Source: Candidatus Komeilibacteria bacterium
GTDB taxonomy: Bacteria; Patescibacteriota; Patescibacteriia; UBA1558; 2-01-FULL-52-15
NCBI GenBank assembly: GCA_043801745.1
Contig: JAZDLR010000022.1
Coordinates: forward strand, 1,960-65,959
Direction of reading: 5' to 3'
Length of the DNA: 64,000 bases
The position numbers and the translations under genes are program-made. The notes under the pieces are model-generated. The model was not told where the DNA came from and ran no database searches. It worked only from the letters and a program-made list of their open reading frames with translations. This document shows positions 13,527-24,054 of the stretch, piece after piece; positions within the stretch are counted from its first letter, which is position 1, and every line of letters begins with the position of its first letter.

Positions 13527-14414
13527 ATGACTGAAGCTACCTTAGAGTACCGCGTTGGTCACCGGGAAAAGCCCGGCGATACTGCTATCCGTTTAATTAA
13601 ACAATTTGCCACCCAAACCAATGACCGTTTAGGTGGCAACATGCTTGATTGGGAAGGGCGTTTACGTTTGGATCAATTTACCTCAGGTGACGACTACGAT
13701 CCGGATGAAGTAATCCATGATATGGATCATTGCCGCCGCAAAGAACTACTACATACCGGACTGGATGTAGCCAGCGTCCGCGAATTTAAAATCAAACAGC
13801 AGGGCATTAATACTGCCGGATTGACTGAATCACAACTGACTGAACAGCTATTGGAAAAAGAACAACTTAACCGCTACAAACACCAAGGCAGTCAGGCAGA
13901 AGTCGTTATTCCTTTGATTATGCAGCGGGCTTTGGGTGACCGTTTTGTGATTGTCCGCACCAGTACTTACGACGATTATGAAGCCGGCGTGGATCATCTG
14001 ATTATTGACCGTGAATCCGGTCAGGTGATTTGCGGCATTGATGAAGTTCTCAGTGAGGCCGCGACAGGAAAGGAAAAATTTAAAATTGAACGGGCGGAAA
14101 AGAAAGCTCAACGTGGTGGCACAACGATTAGATATGGATTGACCTTTGACAACGGGCAATTAGTCAAGAAAGAGCTGGATCATTTACTGACCATGATTTT
14201 ACCTATTAGCACCACCGACTTAGCAGCCTCACTGCAGGAATTAGGCCAGAACGTTCCGGCCGCTGCTTGCCGGCGGATCTATGATTCGCTGCGTACAGCC
14301 TTATCAGAACAACTACAACATCTGGGCACATTAAATTTATCACCAGCTATGAATCAGAAAGTCACCGAGTTCAAAACTTTGCTCAAACAATTTCCTTCAG
14401 CTACAGCTACCTAA
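13527..14414 (+). CDS. Hypothetical protein (295 aa)
   Basis: ATG start. No recognised motifs. Confidence 0.35.
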   Translation: MTEATLEYRVGHREKPGDTAIRLIKQFATQTNDRLGGNMLDWEGRLRLDQFTSGDDYDPDEVIHDMDHCRRKELLHTGLDVASVREFKIKQQGINTAGLTESQLTEQLLEKEQLNRYKHQGSQAEVVIPLIMQRALGDRFVIVRTSTYDDYEAGVDHLIIDRESGQVICGIDEVLSEAATGKEKFKIERAEKKAQRGGTTIRYGLTFDNGQLVKKELDHLLTMILPISTTDLAASLQELGQNVPAAACRRIYDSLRTALSEQLQHLGTLNLSPAMNQKVTEFKTLLKQFPSATAT

Positions 14415-14421
14415 AGATCAG

Positions 14422-15003
14422 ATGCTGCCTCTCAATTCTCAGCACTATCAACTGATCAAAGACTTAACCTGGGACGAGGTTTTTGAAATTTGGCGTGAAA
14501 ACGAGGAAACCAATCCGGCCTGGATCAATCACTGGCAAAGCAAGGGTTTTAAGTCCTGGCAGCAGTGGCGCCAGACCATGGCTGAACCCTGGGAATGTAG
14601 TCAGCGCCAGTGGTATCTTTATAAAGTCAATAATCCCCTAGTAGTCGCTCCCCAGTGGCGCGGCGGACCGTTCCGTACCTGGCGTAAATTTTTCTACCGT
14701 AATCAAAACTTTGCCACCTTTCACGACATTATTACCGGACCTCATATTGACCAACATCCGGGCTACCAAAAAATGTTAAGTTTATTTGACAATTTTCCCG
14801 GCAACACCACCATGACAGCTTTGCTGACCAATCAGGGCCCGGTTATTATTGAAGGCATGCACCGAGGCTGCGCTCTGGCTCTGGCTGCACTCAATAATAA
14901 AAAACTTAATACCAAAATATATTTGACCATAGCTTCGGCCCAGGGTGAAGAATTAGCTTTGTCCGGTCAAAAACCTGAAGACAGCGGAATTACACTAAAA
15001 TAA
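14422..15003 (+). CDS. Hypothetical Trp-rich protein (193 aa)
   Basis: ATG start, 8 nt after the upstream gene. Confidence 0.35.
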   Translation: MLPLNSQHYQLIKDLTWDEVFEIWRENEETNPAWINHWQSKGFKSWQQWRQTMAEPWECSQRQWYLYKVNNPLVVAPQWRGGPFRTWRKFFYRNQNFATFHDIITGPHIDQHPGYQKMLSLFDNFPGNTTMTALLTNQGPVIIEGMHRGCALALAALNNKKLNTKIYLTIASAQGEELALSGQKPEDSGITLK

Positions 15004-15047
15004 GGCCGCGCTGGCCCTTATAACCTAATTCAACAAGGCCTAACAGC

Positions 15048-16685
15048 CTATTTTTGTTTCTTGGCCGCTCTTAATAGTCCTACAAACAAAGGATGCGGCT
15101 TCATTGGCCGTGATTGAAATTCCGGATGAAACTGTGAAGCAATAAAATAGGGATGAACTGATGTCGGTAATTCAATAATTTCCACCAGATCATTATCAGG
15201 ACAAATTCCTGAAAAAATTAAGCCCGCTTTAGCTATAATTTTGCGGTATTGATTATTAAACTCATAACGGTGACGATGACGCTCGCTGATCCGCCGCGAA
15301 CCGTACAATTTGCGGGCCAAAGTACCTTCTTTCAACACGCAGTCGTAGGAACCCAAACGCATAGAATTGCCAAAATTACTTTCGGCCAAATTTTTTGCCT
15401 GTTTATCATTAACGTGAATCACCGCGTCTTTCGCTTGAGGATCAATTTCCACCGTGTCAGCTTTCTTAATGTTGGCAACATTTCTGGCAAATTCCACCGA
15501 AGCCAGCTGCATACCGTAACATAAACCTAAATAGGGAATTTTCTTCTTACGGCAATATTCAATGGCCTTAATAATGCCATTAATGCCCCGCGAACCAAAT
15601 CCACCCGGAACAATCACTGCATCAAGAGAATCTAAAGCCCTCAGGGAGGCCTTTGGCTTCTCAAATTCAGCCGAATCAATCCAGTGCAGTTCCGGTTTCA
15701 CTCCCACAGCTCCGCCGGCGTGTTTAATCGCCTCAATTACCGAAATATACACATCTGACAATACATAAGAACCGGAATAAAAATATTTACCCACAATTCC
15801 CACCCGCACTTTAGTTTTGGCGTGTTTAATCTGAGACAACATCCGGCGCCATTCAACCAAATCTTTCTTCTTGGTCTTCAAGCCAAATTTATCTAGAATC
15901 TTGTTACCTAATTGTTGTTTTTCAAAATTTACCGGCACATCGTAAATACTGGCCACATCCGGCGCCGAAATAGCGTCATCAGCATTGATATTGCAGAAAG
16001 TGGCAATTTTTTCCCGCCGTTTGCGGTCTAAAGGATGACTGGCACGACAAATAATAAAGTCAGCCTGAATACCCGCGCTATTCAGTGTGCGCGAAGCATA
16101 TTGCGTGGGCTTGGTTTTCATTTCTCCCACCTTGGCCGGAATCGGTAAATAACTAACCAGAATAAATAACACATCCCGGGGCGCTTTCAGCTTCATCATA
16201 CGAGCTGCTTCCAGAAAAATCAGATTTTGATATTCACCGATAGTACCCCCGACTTCCACAATGGTAAAGTCCGATTTGGCCAGACGTGAAGCGCGTTTGA
16301 CGCGCTGAATAATCTCATTCGGAACGTCCGGCACCACTTCCACGCATTTACCTTCATAACCCAAATTTCGCTCCCGTTGGATGACTGTCGAATAAACGCG
16401 GCCAGTCGTCATATAATTGGCGCACGGAATATCGACATTTAAAAAACGCTCATAATTACCAATATCCTGATCAGTCTCGTCCCCATCAATGGTAACGAAA
16501 ACCTCGCCATGCACCGTGGGATTCATCGTGCCGGCATCAACATTGACGTAAGGGTCAATTTTGATGGCCGTAACGCGGTAGCCTTTGCTTTGTAAAATTT
16601 TACCAATAGAAGCTGTGGTAATACCCTTACCAACCCCAGACATTACTCCGCCGACGACAAAAATGTATTTAGTATTAGTGGCCAT
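15048..16685 (-). CDS. pyrG: CTP synthase
   Basis: N-terminus KYIFVVGGVMSGVGKGI..; 545 aa. C-terminal glutamine amidotransferase domain with GLCYGMQ. Confidence 0.9.
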   Translation of the reverse strand: MATNTKYIFVVGGVMSGVGKGITTASIGKILQSKGYRVTAIKIDPYVNVDAGTMNPTVHGEVFVTIDGDETDQDIGNYERFLNVDIPCANYMTTGRVYSTVIQRERNLGYEGKCVEVVPDVPNEIIQRVKRASRLAKSDFTIVEVGGTIGEYQNLIFLEAARMMKLKAPRDVLFILVSYLPIPAKVGEMKTKPTQYASRTLNSAGIQADFIICRASHPLDRKRREKIATFCNINADDAISAPDVASIYDVPVNFEKQQLGNKILDKFGLKTKKKDLVEWRRMLSQIKHAKTKVRVGIVGKYFYSGSYVLSDVYISVIEAIKHAGGAVGVKPELHWIDSAEFEKPKASLRALDSLDAVIVPGGFGSRGINGIIKAIEYCRKKKIPYLGLCYGMQLASVEFARNVANIKKADTVEIDPQAKDAVIHVNDKQAKNLAESNFGNSMRLGSYDCVLKEGTLARKLYGSRRISERHRHRYEFNNQYRKIIAKAGLIFSGICPDNDLVEIIELPTSVHPYFIASQFHPEFQSRPMKPHPLFVGLLRAAKKQK

Positions 16686-17106
16686 GAGCTTCGGCTTTAA
16701 CTATTACGGTTAATATTGCTCGTTCCTGGCCATTTTTTATTGGCAGCTGAAAATGACCACTATGTTTTAAGGCTTTAAAATCAATTAGCTGCTTTTCCTG
16801 CAAATCAATGCCCAATTGCAGTTTAACCTGCTGAATGATTTCAGCCGCATTAATTCCGGCGTAAAGGTTTTTGGCACCGGTAACCTTAGCTGCTAAAGAA
16901 ATCGTCGCTCCGTTTAAACCCTTGATTGCCACAGTACTGACCGGAGCTATCACTGATTCACTAACAATCGGTGCTACAAAGGAATCCCCCACTGCCTGAG
17001 CTAATTTCTGCGGCAACAAAAAATTGGCCGCAAAACCATCGCGGACAATCTTGACTTCTCCTTTTTGACCAACATTGGGTATATGTTGCAGGAGCACTAC
17101 TTTCAT
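16675..17106 (-). CDS. rplI: 50S ribosomal protein L9
   Basis: MKVVLLQHIPNVGQKGEVKIVRDGFAANFLLPQKLA.. matches the L9 N-domain. 143 aa. Confidence 0.8.
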   Translation of the reverse strand: MKVVLLQHIPNVGQKGEVKIVRDGFAANFLLPQKLAQAVGDSFVAPIVSESVIAPVSTVAIKGLNGATISLAAKVTGAKNLYAGINAAEIIQQVKLQLGIDLQEKQLIDFKALKHSGHFQLPIKNGQERAILTVIVKAEAHGH

Positions 17107-18356
17107 GGCTGCTTTTGCTTAATTAGTTCCAGGGCTTTATCTAACTGCGGATCTTTATTGGCCTGCACATCGGCGTCAGTAAAAGGAACAACCACGTCCG
17201 GCTGAATGCCCTGATCCTGAATTGACCGGCCTTTCGGCGTCAGCCACTTAGCCACGGTGATTTTTACCGCTGAACCGTCGGGCAATTGTTCCAGATTCTG
17301 CACTGAACCCTTACCATAGGACTTTTCACCCACCACTGTAGCTAAGCCGTAATCTTGCAATGCACCAGCCAGAATTTCTGAAGCCGAAGCTGAACCGCCA
17401 TTAATCAGAACAACGGTGGGCACCTCCGGGGCGCGAACAAATTTGCGGGCCGCATAAGTAGTGTCTTTACCAGCGTCAATAAACGATTCCTTAACTACCA
17501 CGTCACCCTCTTTGACCCAGGCGCTGGCAATAGCCACCGCCTGATCCAGAAAACCACCGGGATTATTACGCAGATCAATAATTAGACCCTTAGGATTTTT
17601 CTTAGTAATGTCATTAAGCGCCGAAATAAATTTCTTCTCCACATCCTGATTGAAGCTGATTATACGAATAGTAGCGATATTACTGGCGTCAACCGAAGAA
17701 GAAATCACCGGAATATCAATCGTATCACGCTGGACAGTAATTTTCTCCGGCTTACTATTAGTAGAATCCTTATGAATTACCAGTAGCACAACTGAAGTAC
17801 CTTTGGGTCCACGTATTTTTGCCACCGCCTCATCAATATTCAGATTCTGAGCCGAGACATCATCAATGCTTAAAATTATGTCTCCCGCTTTTATTCCCGC
17901 CTTGGCCGCTGGACTGCCCGGCAAAGGCGCTACTACAACCAGATTACCGTCTTTGGCGCTAATTTCTGCTCCAATACCGTCAAAACTGCCATTCAAATCC
18001 TGAGAAAACTCCTGATTCTCCTGGGGAGCTAAAAATAAAGTGTGTGGGTCTCCCACAGCATCGACCATGCCCCTGATGGCGCCATAATATAGCTTTTGCT
18101 CATCCAGCTGGGAGCGGTCAACATATTCACCTTTCAGTAAATCCCAAACTTTCCAGAAAACAGAAAAATCCACAGCGTGTTCCTGTGCCAGTTGCTCGCT
18201 ACTCTGCCGAAACTGCCAAGGATCAAAAATTTTACTCCCCGCCTGTCCGTCTGATAAAGCCAAAAAATAACCAGCTAAAAAAGCCACAGCCACAACCACT
18301 AGCCAGCCCAGGCGATAACCCGGCCGCGGTCCTGATGAAATAGAAGTTGGTGCCAT
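17103..18356 (-). CDS. ctpA: C-terminal processing peptidase (S41 family) with PDZ domain
   Basis: PDZ GSPAAKAGIKAGDIIL. S41 core LIIDLRNNPGGFL and GGSASASEILAGALQ. Confidence 0.8.
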   Translation of the reverse strand: MAPTSISSGPRPGYRLGWLVVVAVAFLAGYFLALSDGQAGSKIFDPWQFRQSSEQLAQEHAVDFSVFWKVWDLLKGEYVDRSQLDEQKLYYGAIRGMVDAVGDPHTLFLAPQENQEFSQDLNGSFDGIGAEISAKDGNLVVVAPLPGSPAAKAGIKAGDIILSIDDVSAQNLNIDEAVAKIRGPKGTSVVLLVIHKDSTNSKPEKITVQRDTIDIPVISSSVDASNIATIRIISFNQDVEKKFISALNDITKKNPKGLIIDLRNNPGGFLDQAVAIASAWVKEGDVVVKESFIDAGKDTTYAARKFVRAPEVPTVVLINGGSASASEILAGALQDYGLATVVGEKSYGKGSVQNLEQLPDGSAVKITVAKWLTPKGRSIQDQGIQPDVVVPFTDADVQANKDPQLDKALELIKQKQP

Positions 18357-18412
18357 AATAAAATAATTACTTCGGTAGTATAACGTAATTTGTGCCCATA
18401 AGCAAAGAACAA

Positions 18413-19705
18413 TTAATCTCTTTTGATATTGGCACCTAGAGCCAACAAACGCTGATCAATAGCCTCGTAACCGCGGTCCACCTGACTAATATTAGTAATA
18501 GTGCTTTCACCCTGAGCAATCAGCGCCGCAATAATTAAAGTTGCTCCGGCGCGCAAATCATAGCTGGTAATTTCCTTGCCATAGAGCGGAGTTGGTCCGA
18601 CAATAGTGACGCGGTGAACATCCAGCAAAGTCATATCGGCTCCCATTTTCTGTAACTCCTGCACGTACTTCATACGGCCGTCATACATCCAATCATAAAT
18701 TAAACTGACTCCGCGGGCCTGTGTCAGCAGTACGGCCATTGGTTGTAGCAAATCAGGACTAAAGCCCGGTGCCGGCATGTCGTGCAATTTAACCAAGGGC
18801 AACAGTTCATCCGTCTGGCGAGTCAGCACGGAAAATAATTCATAATGATGTGAAGGATCCCAACCTTCAGATCGTAGTTCAAATTTCATACCAACTTCAC
18901 GGAATTTTTCTAATTCTAAATACAAAAATTCCCGCGGTAAATGCTTAATAGTAATAGCCGAATTACTGGCTCCGGCCATAATCATAAAAGTCCCGGCTTC
19001 TACCGGATCGGGCACAATGTGATAAGTAGAACCTTGAAGTTTACTACTGCCTTTAACCTTGAGTACCGCCGAACCAATGCCTTCAACCTGCGCTCCCAGT
19101 GATTGTAAAAACCAACATAAATCCTGAACCTGGTGATCCGAACCGGCAGCAATGCGTATTTCCAAGGGCTGGTCACTACCAGCCGCAGCCAACAATAATA
19201 ACTCTGTGGCTGTCACGCTAAACTCGCTGAGAATAACCCGCTCCGGCTGCTTCTGATCGCGGACAATATGCATCAGACGCTCTTCGTTCGTAATAGTGCA
19301 ACCAAATTGCTGGAGCGCACCCAAATGAGCGTCTAACGGCCGCGAACCAATTTGACAACCACCCGGCGTAGAAATTGTGATTTCCCGGAACCGGGCGACC
19401 AATGAACCGATAAGAATAATAGAAGCACGGATACGCTTAACTAAGGTTATATCCAATTTCCGCGGATCCAGCGAGTCATTATTGATAGTCAGTGAATGCT
19501 CGTCAGTCCAGCTGATCTTTGATCCCATACTGGCCAGCAGTTCAATCATAGTTAAGACATCACCAATTCTGGGGACATTATGCAGTTGACAGTCACCGGA
19601 AACTAGCACTGTAGCCGCTAAAATGGCCAAAGCCGAGTTTTTGGCCCCTCGGACCTCAATCTCACCCCGCAGGCGTTGATCGCCTTGAATAATGAAGGAA
19701 TCCAT
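18413..19705 (-). CDS. murA: UDP-N-acetylglucosamine 1-carboxyvinyltransferase
   Basis: MDSFIIQGDQRLRGEIEVRGAKNSALAILAA.. The start is trimmed to the ATG at 19703-19705 (the track start is an upstream TTG). Confidence 0.85.
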   Translation of the reverse strand: MDSFIIQGDQRLRGEIEVRGAKNSALAILAATVLVSGDCQLHNVPRIGDVLTMIELLASMGSKISWTDEHSLTINNDSLDPRKLDITLVKRIRASIILIGSLVARFREITISTPGGCQIGSRPLDAHLGALQQFGCTITNEERLMHIVRDQKQPERVILSEFSVTATELLLLAAAGSDQPLEIRIAAGSDHQVQDLCWFLQSLGAQVEGIGSAVLKVKGSSKLQGSTYHIVPDPVEAGTFMIMAGASNSAITIKHLPREFLYLELEKFREVGMKFELRSEGWDPSHHYELFSVLTRQTDELLPLVKLHDMPAPGFSPDLLQPMAVLLTQARGVSLIYDWMYDGRMKYVQELQKMGADMTLLDVHRVTIVGPTPLYGKEITSYDLRAGATLIIAALIAQGESTITNISQVDRGYEAIDQRLLALGANIKRD

Positions 19706-19767
19706 TGTAGTATGCGTCAATTAGGTTTATGATTGGTAGTATAATGCAGTCTACATAATAGCTCAAG

Positions 19768-21036
19768 ATGACCATTACGCAACGCCGAATTGTCTACAGT
19801 CTTTTCTTCCTGCTTTTTTTTATTATCTCGCCCCTGATCGTGCTTTACGCCACGGGCTACCGGCTAGATCTGACCTCGGGAAGTATCAGTAAAGTGGGCG
19901 CTTTATATATTAAGACCTACCCCTCAGGCGCCAAAGTCTACCGCAATAATCTATACACTAAGCGGAAAACTCCCACGCAAATAGTTAACATACCCAGCGG
20001 CTTACAAACTATTAGCGTGATCAAAGATGGCTATCAGCCCTGGACAAAAGAACTGCGGATTGAAGCCGGAAAAACCACCTTCGTCGAAGACATTGTTTTA
20101 TTCCGTGAAACATTTACCAGCGAAAAGTTAGGCGCCGGCGGTTCCCAACTAGTCTTATCACCCGACAGGGAACTGGCAGCCTATGCTGACAATAACAATA
20201 AGTTAGCTATCGTTAACCTGACTGCCGGCACTATTGATACCAGTATTATTCTGCCGGCGGCAAGTCGCATCAAGCGTTGGTCACAAGATCACAGCCGCCT
20301 AGCTTACCAGACGCGCGAACAATGGAATATTGTGGATATTGGCAGTCAAAAGGTTTGGCCCTTAGCCAACTACATTAAGGGTCCAATTTCCAACTTACAT
20401 TTCGGCAGCACTGGCGATGATATCTGGGTTCAAGCCGGCAGTAGTTTATGGCGACTCAATTTGCTAACTGGAAAAAAGCAGATCGCTGCTAACGAAACCA
20501 AAGATTTTTACATCACTGCCGACTCGCTGGTGCAATTATCTTCCGACAACCATCTGCTGCTGGCCAAAATCACCACTAACAGTCAACAGGTCTACGCTCT
20601 GCCCGCCGGCGATTATCAATATATTGCTGATTTCCGCAATGATGTGGTTTTACTGCAGGGCAACAATCAATTTTTTATCTGGAGTAATGAGCAGTTGCGG
20701 GACACTATTAGCGCCACCCAATTTGACTGGCGCAAAAATAAAATTATCTTAACCAATGGCTACGACATCTGGCGCTATGACACGGCCGATCAGTCCACAA
20801 CTCTGCTAGACCGCACCGGTTCACAGCCGCAGCTTATTCGCTGGCATCCCAGTGAAAGCTATATTACCGAAGTAGTGGGCGGCCAGATTCAAATAATTGA
20901 ATTAGACAACCGCGGTGAGAAACGCCACCTGATCACTATTGCCCCCTTATCCCAGGGCGATTATACTTTTGACCCCAAAGGCGAAAAAATCTATATCCTC
21001 ACGGACAAAGATTTTCAGCAGTTAACTATTCAGTAG
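19768..21036 (+). CDS. PEGA-domain membrane-anchored protein with a C-terminal beta-propeller-like region
   Basis: N-terminal TM, then YPSGAKVYRNN..IVNIPSGLQTISVIKDGYQPW (PEGA-like). Confidence 0.5.
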   Translation: MTITQRRIVYSLFFLLFFIISPLIVLYATGYRLDLTSGSISKVGALYIKTYPSGAKVYRNNLYTKRKTPTQIVNIPSGLQTISVIKDGYQPWTKELRIEAGKTTFVEDIVLFRETFTSEKLGAGGSQLVLSPDRELAAYADNNNKLAIVNLTAGTIDTSIILPAASRIKRWSQDHSRLAYQTREQWNIVDIGSQKVWPLANYIKGPISNLHFGSTGDDIWVQAGSSLWRLNLLTGKKQIAANETKDFYITADSLVQLSSDNHLLLAKITTNSQQVYALPAGDYQYIADFRNDVVLLQGNNQFFIWSNEQLRDTISATQFDWRKNKIILTNGYDIWRYDTADQSTTLLDRTGSQPQLIRWHPSESYITEVVGGQIQIIELDNRGEKRHLITIAPLSQGDYTFDPKGEKIYILTDKDFQQLTIQ

Positions 21037-21763
21037 TCCCGTTGCCACGGCGCAAACGGGCAATCAGATTAGAAGCCTCCAGTAAGGCGTCAAAAGTCCC
21101 GGTATCCAGCCAATGACCCTCAAAAATTTGTAGTTCCAAAGATCCTTCCCGCAGATAGAGATTATTAATATCCGTAACTTCCAACTCGTTTCTGGCCGAA
21201 GGCTTGAGCGACTTGGCTTTGGCCACCACAGTGGAATCATAGACGTATAATCCGGTAACAGCCAAATTACTTTTGGGCTCTGCCGGTTTTTCGCTAATTG
21301 CTACTACTTTCTTATCAGGACCAAACTCAACTACGCCGAACCGCTTGGGGTCAGTCACTTCTTTGGCAAATATCCGGCCACCCGAGGTAAAACTGGTAAT
21401 CGCATGCCGAATTTGCTCCTCATGACCTATAAACAAATTATCGCCCAGGATCATTGTCACCGGATCATTGTCAATAAAGTTTTCGGCAATTATAAAGGCT
21501 TGCGCTAATCCTTCGGGACGGTCCTGTACCTCATAGGAAATTTTTACACCCCAATCCCGACCGCTACCCAACAGTCTGACAAAATTGCCAATATTCTGCG
21601 GATCAGAAATAACTAGTATTTCTTTAATACCAGCCGCGATTAGGGTTTGCAGCGGATAATAAATCATTGGCCGATCAAAAATCGGCAACAGCTGCTTACT
21701 GGTAATTTTGGTCAGCGGATACAGGCGCGTACCAGCGCCCCCGGCTAAAATAATTCCTCTCAT
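21026..21763 (-). CDS. rfbA: Glucose-1-phosphate thymidylyltransferase (short form)
   Basis: MRGIILAGGAGTRLYPLTKITSKQLLPIFDRPMIYYPL. Confidence 0.75.
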   Translation of the reverse strand: MRGIILAGGAGTRLYPLTKITSKQLLPIFDRPMIYYPLQTLIAAGIKEILVISDPQNIGNFVRLLGSGRDWGVKISYEVQDRPEGLAQAFIIAENFIDNDPVTMILGDNLFIGHEEQIRHAITSFTSGGRIFAKEVTDPKRFGVVEFGPDKKVVAISEKPAEPKSNLAVTGLYVYDSTVVAKAKSLKPSARNELEVTDINNLYLREGSLELQIFEGHWLDTGTFDALLEASNLIARLRRGNGTTE

Positions 21764-21767
21764 TCGT

Positions 21768-22745
21768 TTATTGTTTATAGGCTCCCGACACTATAGCGCG
21801 CCACCAATTCTGCTGCTCCCGATACCAATCAATGGTGGCTTTCAGCCCTGATTCGAAATCATATTCCGGTTGCCAGCCTAATGTCAAGTTGCTGGCACTA
21901 CTGTCAATAGCATAACGCCAATCATGGCCCGGACGGTCAGTAACAAATTCTAGTACGTCATCTGTCACGCCCATCAGCGCTACAACCTTACGCGCCAGGT
22001 CAATATTACTCAACTCCTGACCGCCACCGAAAAGATAGGTCTGTCCCACTTGTCCTTTTTGTAAAACCAGCTCTATACCCCGTATATGATCTAGTACATG
22101 CAGCCAATCCCGCACGTTACTACCATCGCCGTAAATGGGAACTTTCTTAGACTGCAAAATATTAGTAATCATCAGCGGTAAAAATTTTTCCGGGAACTGA
22201 TAAGGACCGTAATTATTACTACAATTACTAATGGTTATAGGTAAGCCATAAGTATAATAATAAGCGCGCACTAAATGATCAGCAGCGGCCTTAGAAGCCG
22301 AATACGGACTATGCGGGTCATAGGGGCTATGTAAATTAAAAGTCCCTTGAGCCGAAAGACTGCCAAAAACTTCATCGGTGGAAACGTGATGAAATCTCTT
22401 GACTCCCAGCTCTTTGGCGGCCGCCAATAAAATACCCGTACCGACCACATTGGTCTGTAAAAAAGGCAGAGCATTTTTAATAGAGTTGTCGACGTGCGAC
22501 TCAGCCGCAAAATGAACAACTACGTCAACACCCGACATCGCCCGACCCACTGCTGCCGCATCAGTTATGTCTCCCAGAATAAAACTATAGTTGGCCAGGG
22601 ACTCAATTGCAGATAAATTGGCTTTATTACCGGCGTAAGTGAGAGCATCAAGATTTACAATCTGATCGGCCGGATGCTGACGCAGCCAATAGTGAATAAA
22701 ATTGCTGCCGATAAATCCGGCTCCGCCGGTTACCAGGAGTTTCAT
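21768..22745 (-). CDS. rfbB: dTDP-glucose 4,6-dehydratase
   Basis: MKLLVTGGAGFIGSNF.., YSASKAA (YxxxK), 325 aa. Confidence 0.8.
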   Translation of the reverse strand: MKLLVTGGAGFIGSNFIHYWLRQHPADQIVNLDALTYAGNKANLSAIESLANYSFILGDITDAAAVGRAMSGVDVVVHFAAESHVDNSIKNALPFLQTNVVGTGILLAAAKELGVKRFHHVSTDEVFGSLSAQGTFNLHSPYDPHSPYSASKAAADHLVRAYYYTYGLPITISNCSNNYGPYQFPEKFLPLMITNILQSKKVPIYGDGSNVRDWLHVLDHIRGIELVLQKGQVGQTYLFGGGQELSNIDLARKVVALMGVTDDVLEFVTDRPGHDWRYAIDSSASNLTLGWQPEYDFESGLKATIDWYREQQNWWRAIVSGAYKQ

Positions 22746-23140
22746 GACCTTAAGACATTCTTGATGGAGTCAGCCATAATAACGTCAGCGCCTTCCTGGT
22801 AAGCAGTTGTCGGCCAACCTTTAAACCCATCATTAAAATAACGCGGAATTAAATGAATATGAAAATGCGGCACGTCTGTGCCAACCACATTTACGACAAC
22901 GAAGTCAGCGCCGGTGGCCAATTTGATGGCTGGTAATAATTTCTTGGCTTTAATAAACAGCTGAGCTAATAAAGTATCCGGAGTTTCCGCCAATTGCGCG
23001 TGATGCTGCTTGGGTATTAATAAAACATGTCCCGGATGCACTGGCTTAATATCCAGAAAGGCTAAAGCTTGCTCATCTTCATAAACCTTGTTGGCCGGAA
23101 TAGTGCCGGACACAATGGAACAAAATAGGCAATCAGTCAT
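22742..23140 (-). CDS. HIT-family (histidine triad) hydrolase
   Basis: HVHFHIHLIP triad. 132 aa. Confidence 0.75.
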   Translation of the reverse strand: MTDCLFCSIVSGTIPANKVYEDEQALAFLDIKPVHPGHVLLIPKQHHAQLAETPDTLLAQLFIKAKKLLPAIKLATGADFVVVNVVGTDVPHFHIHLIPRYFNDGFKGWPTTAYQEGADVIMADSIKNVLRS

Positions 23141-23531
23141 TGTTCTGCGGTTTTTTAATGATTAATCTGATAACTGTCAATATAATAATAACCGCTACAG
23201 TCGGCCACCACAACCAGTTTGGCAGTACTGCTAAACGGATAATAATTTTATCAACAACCATAACGGCCGCCAGAAACCAGAACAAATAATACCAGCGCCA
23301 CCAACCACTTAGGCGCTGCTCCTCTACAACCAACCCGGCCACCACTACAATAACTATTGTCAGCAACACCATCAGATTGAGATCGGCTATATTACTAATA
23401 ATGCCGGGCTTGAGCCATTCCAGGCCAGCTGCCAGAACAGTGGTCAAACTACAGCTGACAGCTGCCTCCAAGGCCAATTGACGGAATTTAGGCTGATTTA
23501 ACCAAAGCATATAATTCTTGTTGTAGAGCAC
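23133..23531 (-). CDS. Small integral membrane protein
   Basis: Hydrophobic helices. In-operon overlap with neighbours. Confidence 0.4.
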   Translation of the reverse strand: MLYNKNYMLWLNQPKFRQLALEAAVSCSLTTVLAAGLEWLKPGIISNIADLNLMVLLTIVIVVVAGLVVEEQRLSGWWRWYYLFWFLAAVMVVDKIIIRLAVLPNWLWWPTVAVIIILTVIRLIIKKPQNND

Positions 23532-24054
23532 GCCAAACGGCTGATACCGAAGTTAGCGGCTGTTTATACAGACTAACGGTCAGCGCCTCAATAGTTAATT
23601 TATTTACCGACTGATCATAATTAGACAGTGACAACATAAAACGCAATGAGCGCTGTTCCACGGCAGCTGATGCTGGATCAAAAGTAACGCTAGCGCGACC
23701 ACTACTATCAGCCTGCAAAGTCTGTAAATAATAGTTCCAACCGGCAGTATCTTGCACTTGTAATCCCAGCTGGACCACTGATGGCTGCGGTTGTTGGTAA
23801 CGGATCGCCACAGTTACTTTATCGTACTTCTGCGGATAGCGTACCCGCCAATATACAGGTTCAGCCAAGACGTCCAGGCCACCGGCTGACGCAGTTAAAC
23901 GGCCAACCGGATACAAGCGAGAAATTTGCGGACTCTCCTGTTGCCAATCATAAGTAATAACTCGTACTCCCGATAGATTTAAATCATACAGCACGACTAG
24001 TGCAAAAAATACCAGAGGGATGGCAGCAATGATCCAGCGTAATACTCTAATCAT
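23488..24054 (-). CDS. Membrane-anchored hypothetical protein (N-terminal TM plus extracytoplasmic domain)
   Basis: N-terminal hydrophobic helix. 188 aa. Confidence 0.4.
   Translation of the reverse strand: MIRVLRWIIAAIPLVFFALVVLYDLNLSGVRVITYDWQQESPQISRLYPVGRLTASAGGLDVLAEPVYWRVRYPQKYDKVTVAIRYQQPQPSVVQLGLQVQDTAGWNYYLQTLQADSSGRASVTFDPASAAVEQRSLRFMLSLSNYDQSVNKLTIEALTVSLYKQPLTSVSAVWRALQQELYALVKSA

Noticed and set aside
16675-16685. 11-nt overlap between rplI and pyrG as a possible frameshift or pseudogene
   Set aside because: Both proteins are full-length with intact N- and C-terminal motifs. Short overlaps are common in compact genomes.
22271-22519. Assorted 60-100-aa overlapping ORFs (22271-22519, 33034-33336, 35406-35678, 35895-36188, 37649-37876, 43336-43518, 44484-44681, 54450-55059, 55545-55763, 57862-58050, 58245-58454, 59179-59484, 60471-60704, 63487-63762)
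   Set aside because: All lie inside longer, motif-supported CDSs on the opposite strand or in an alternative frame.
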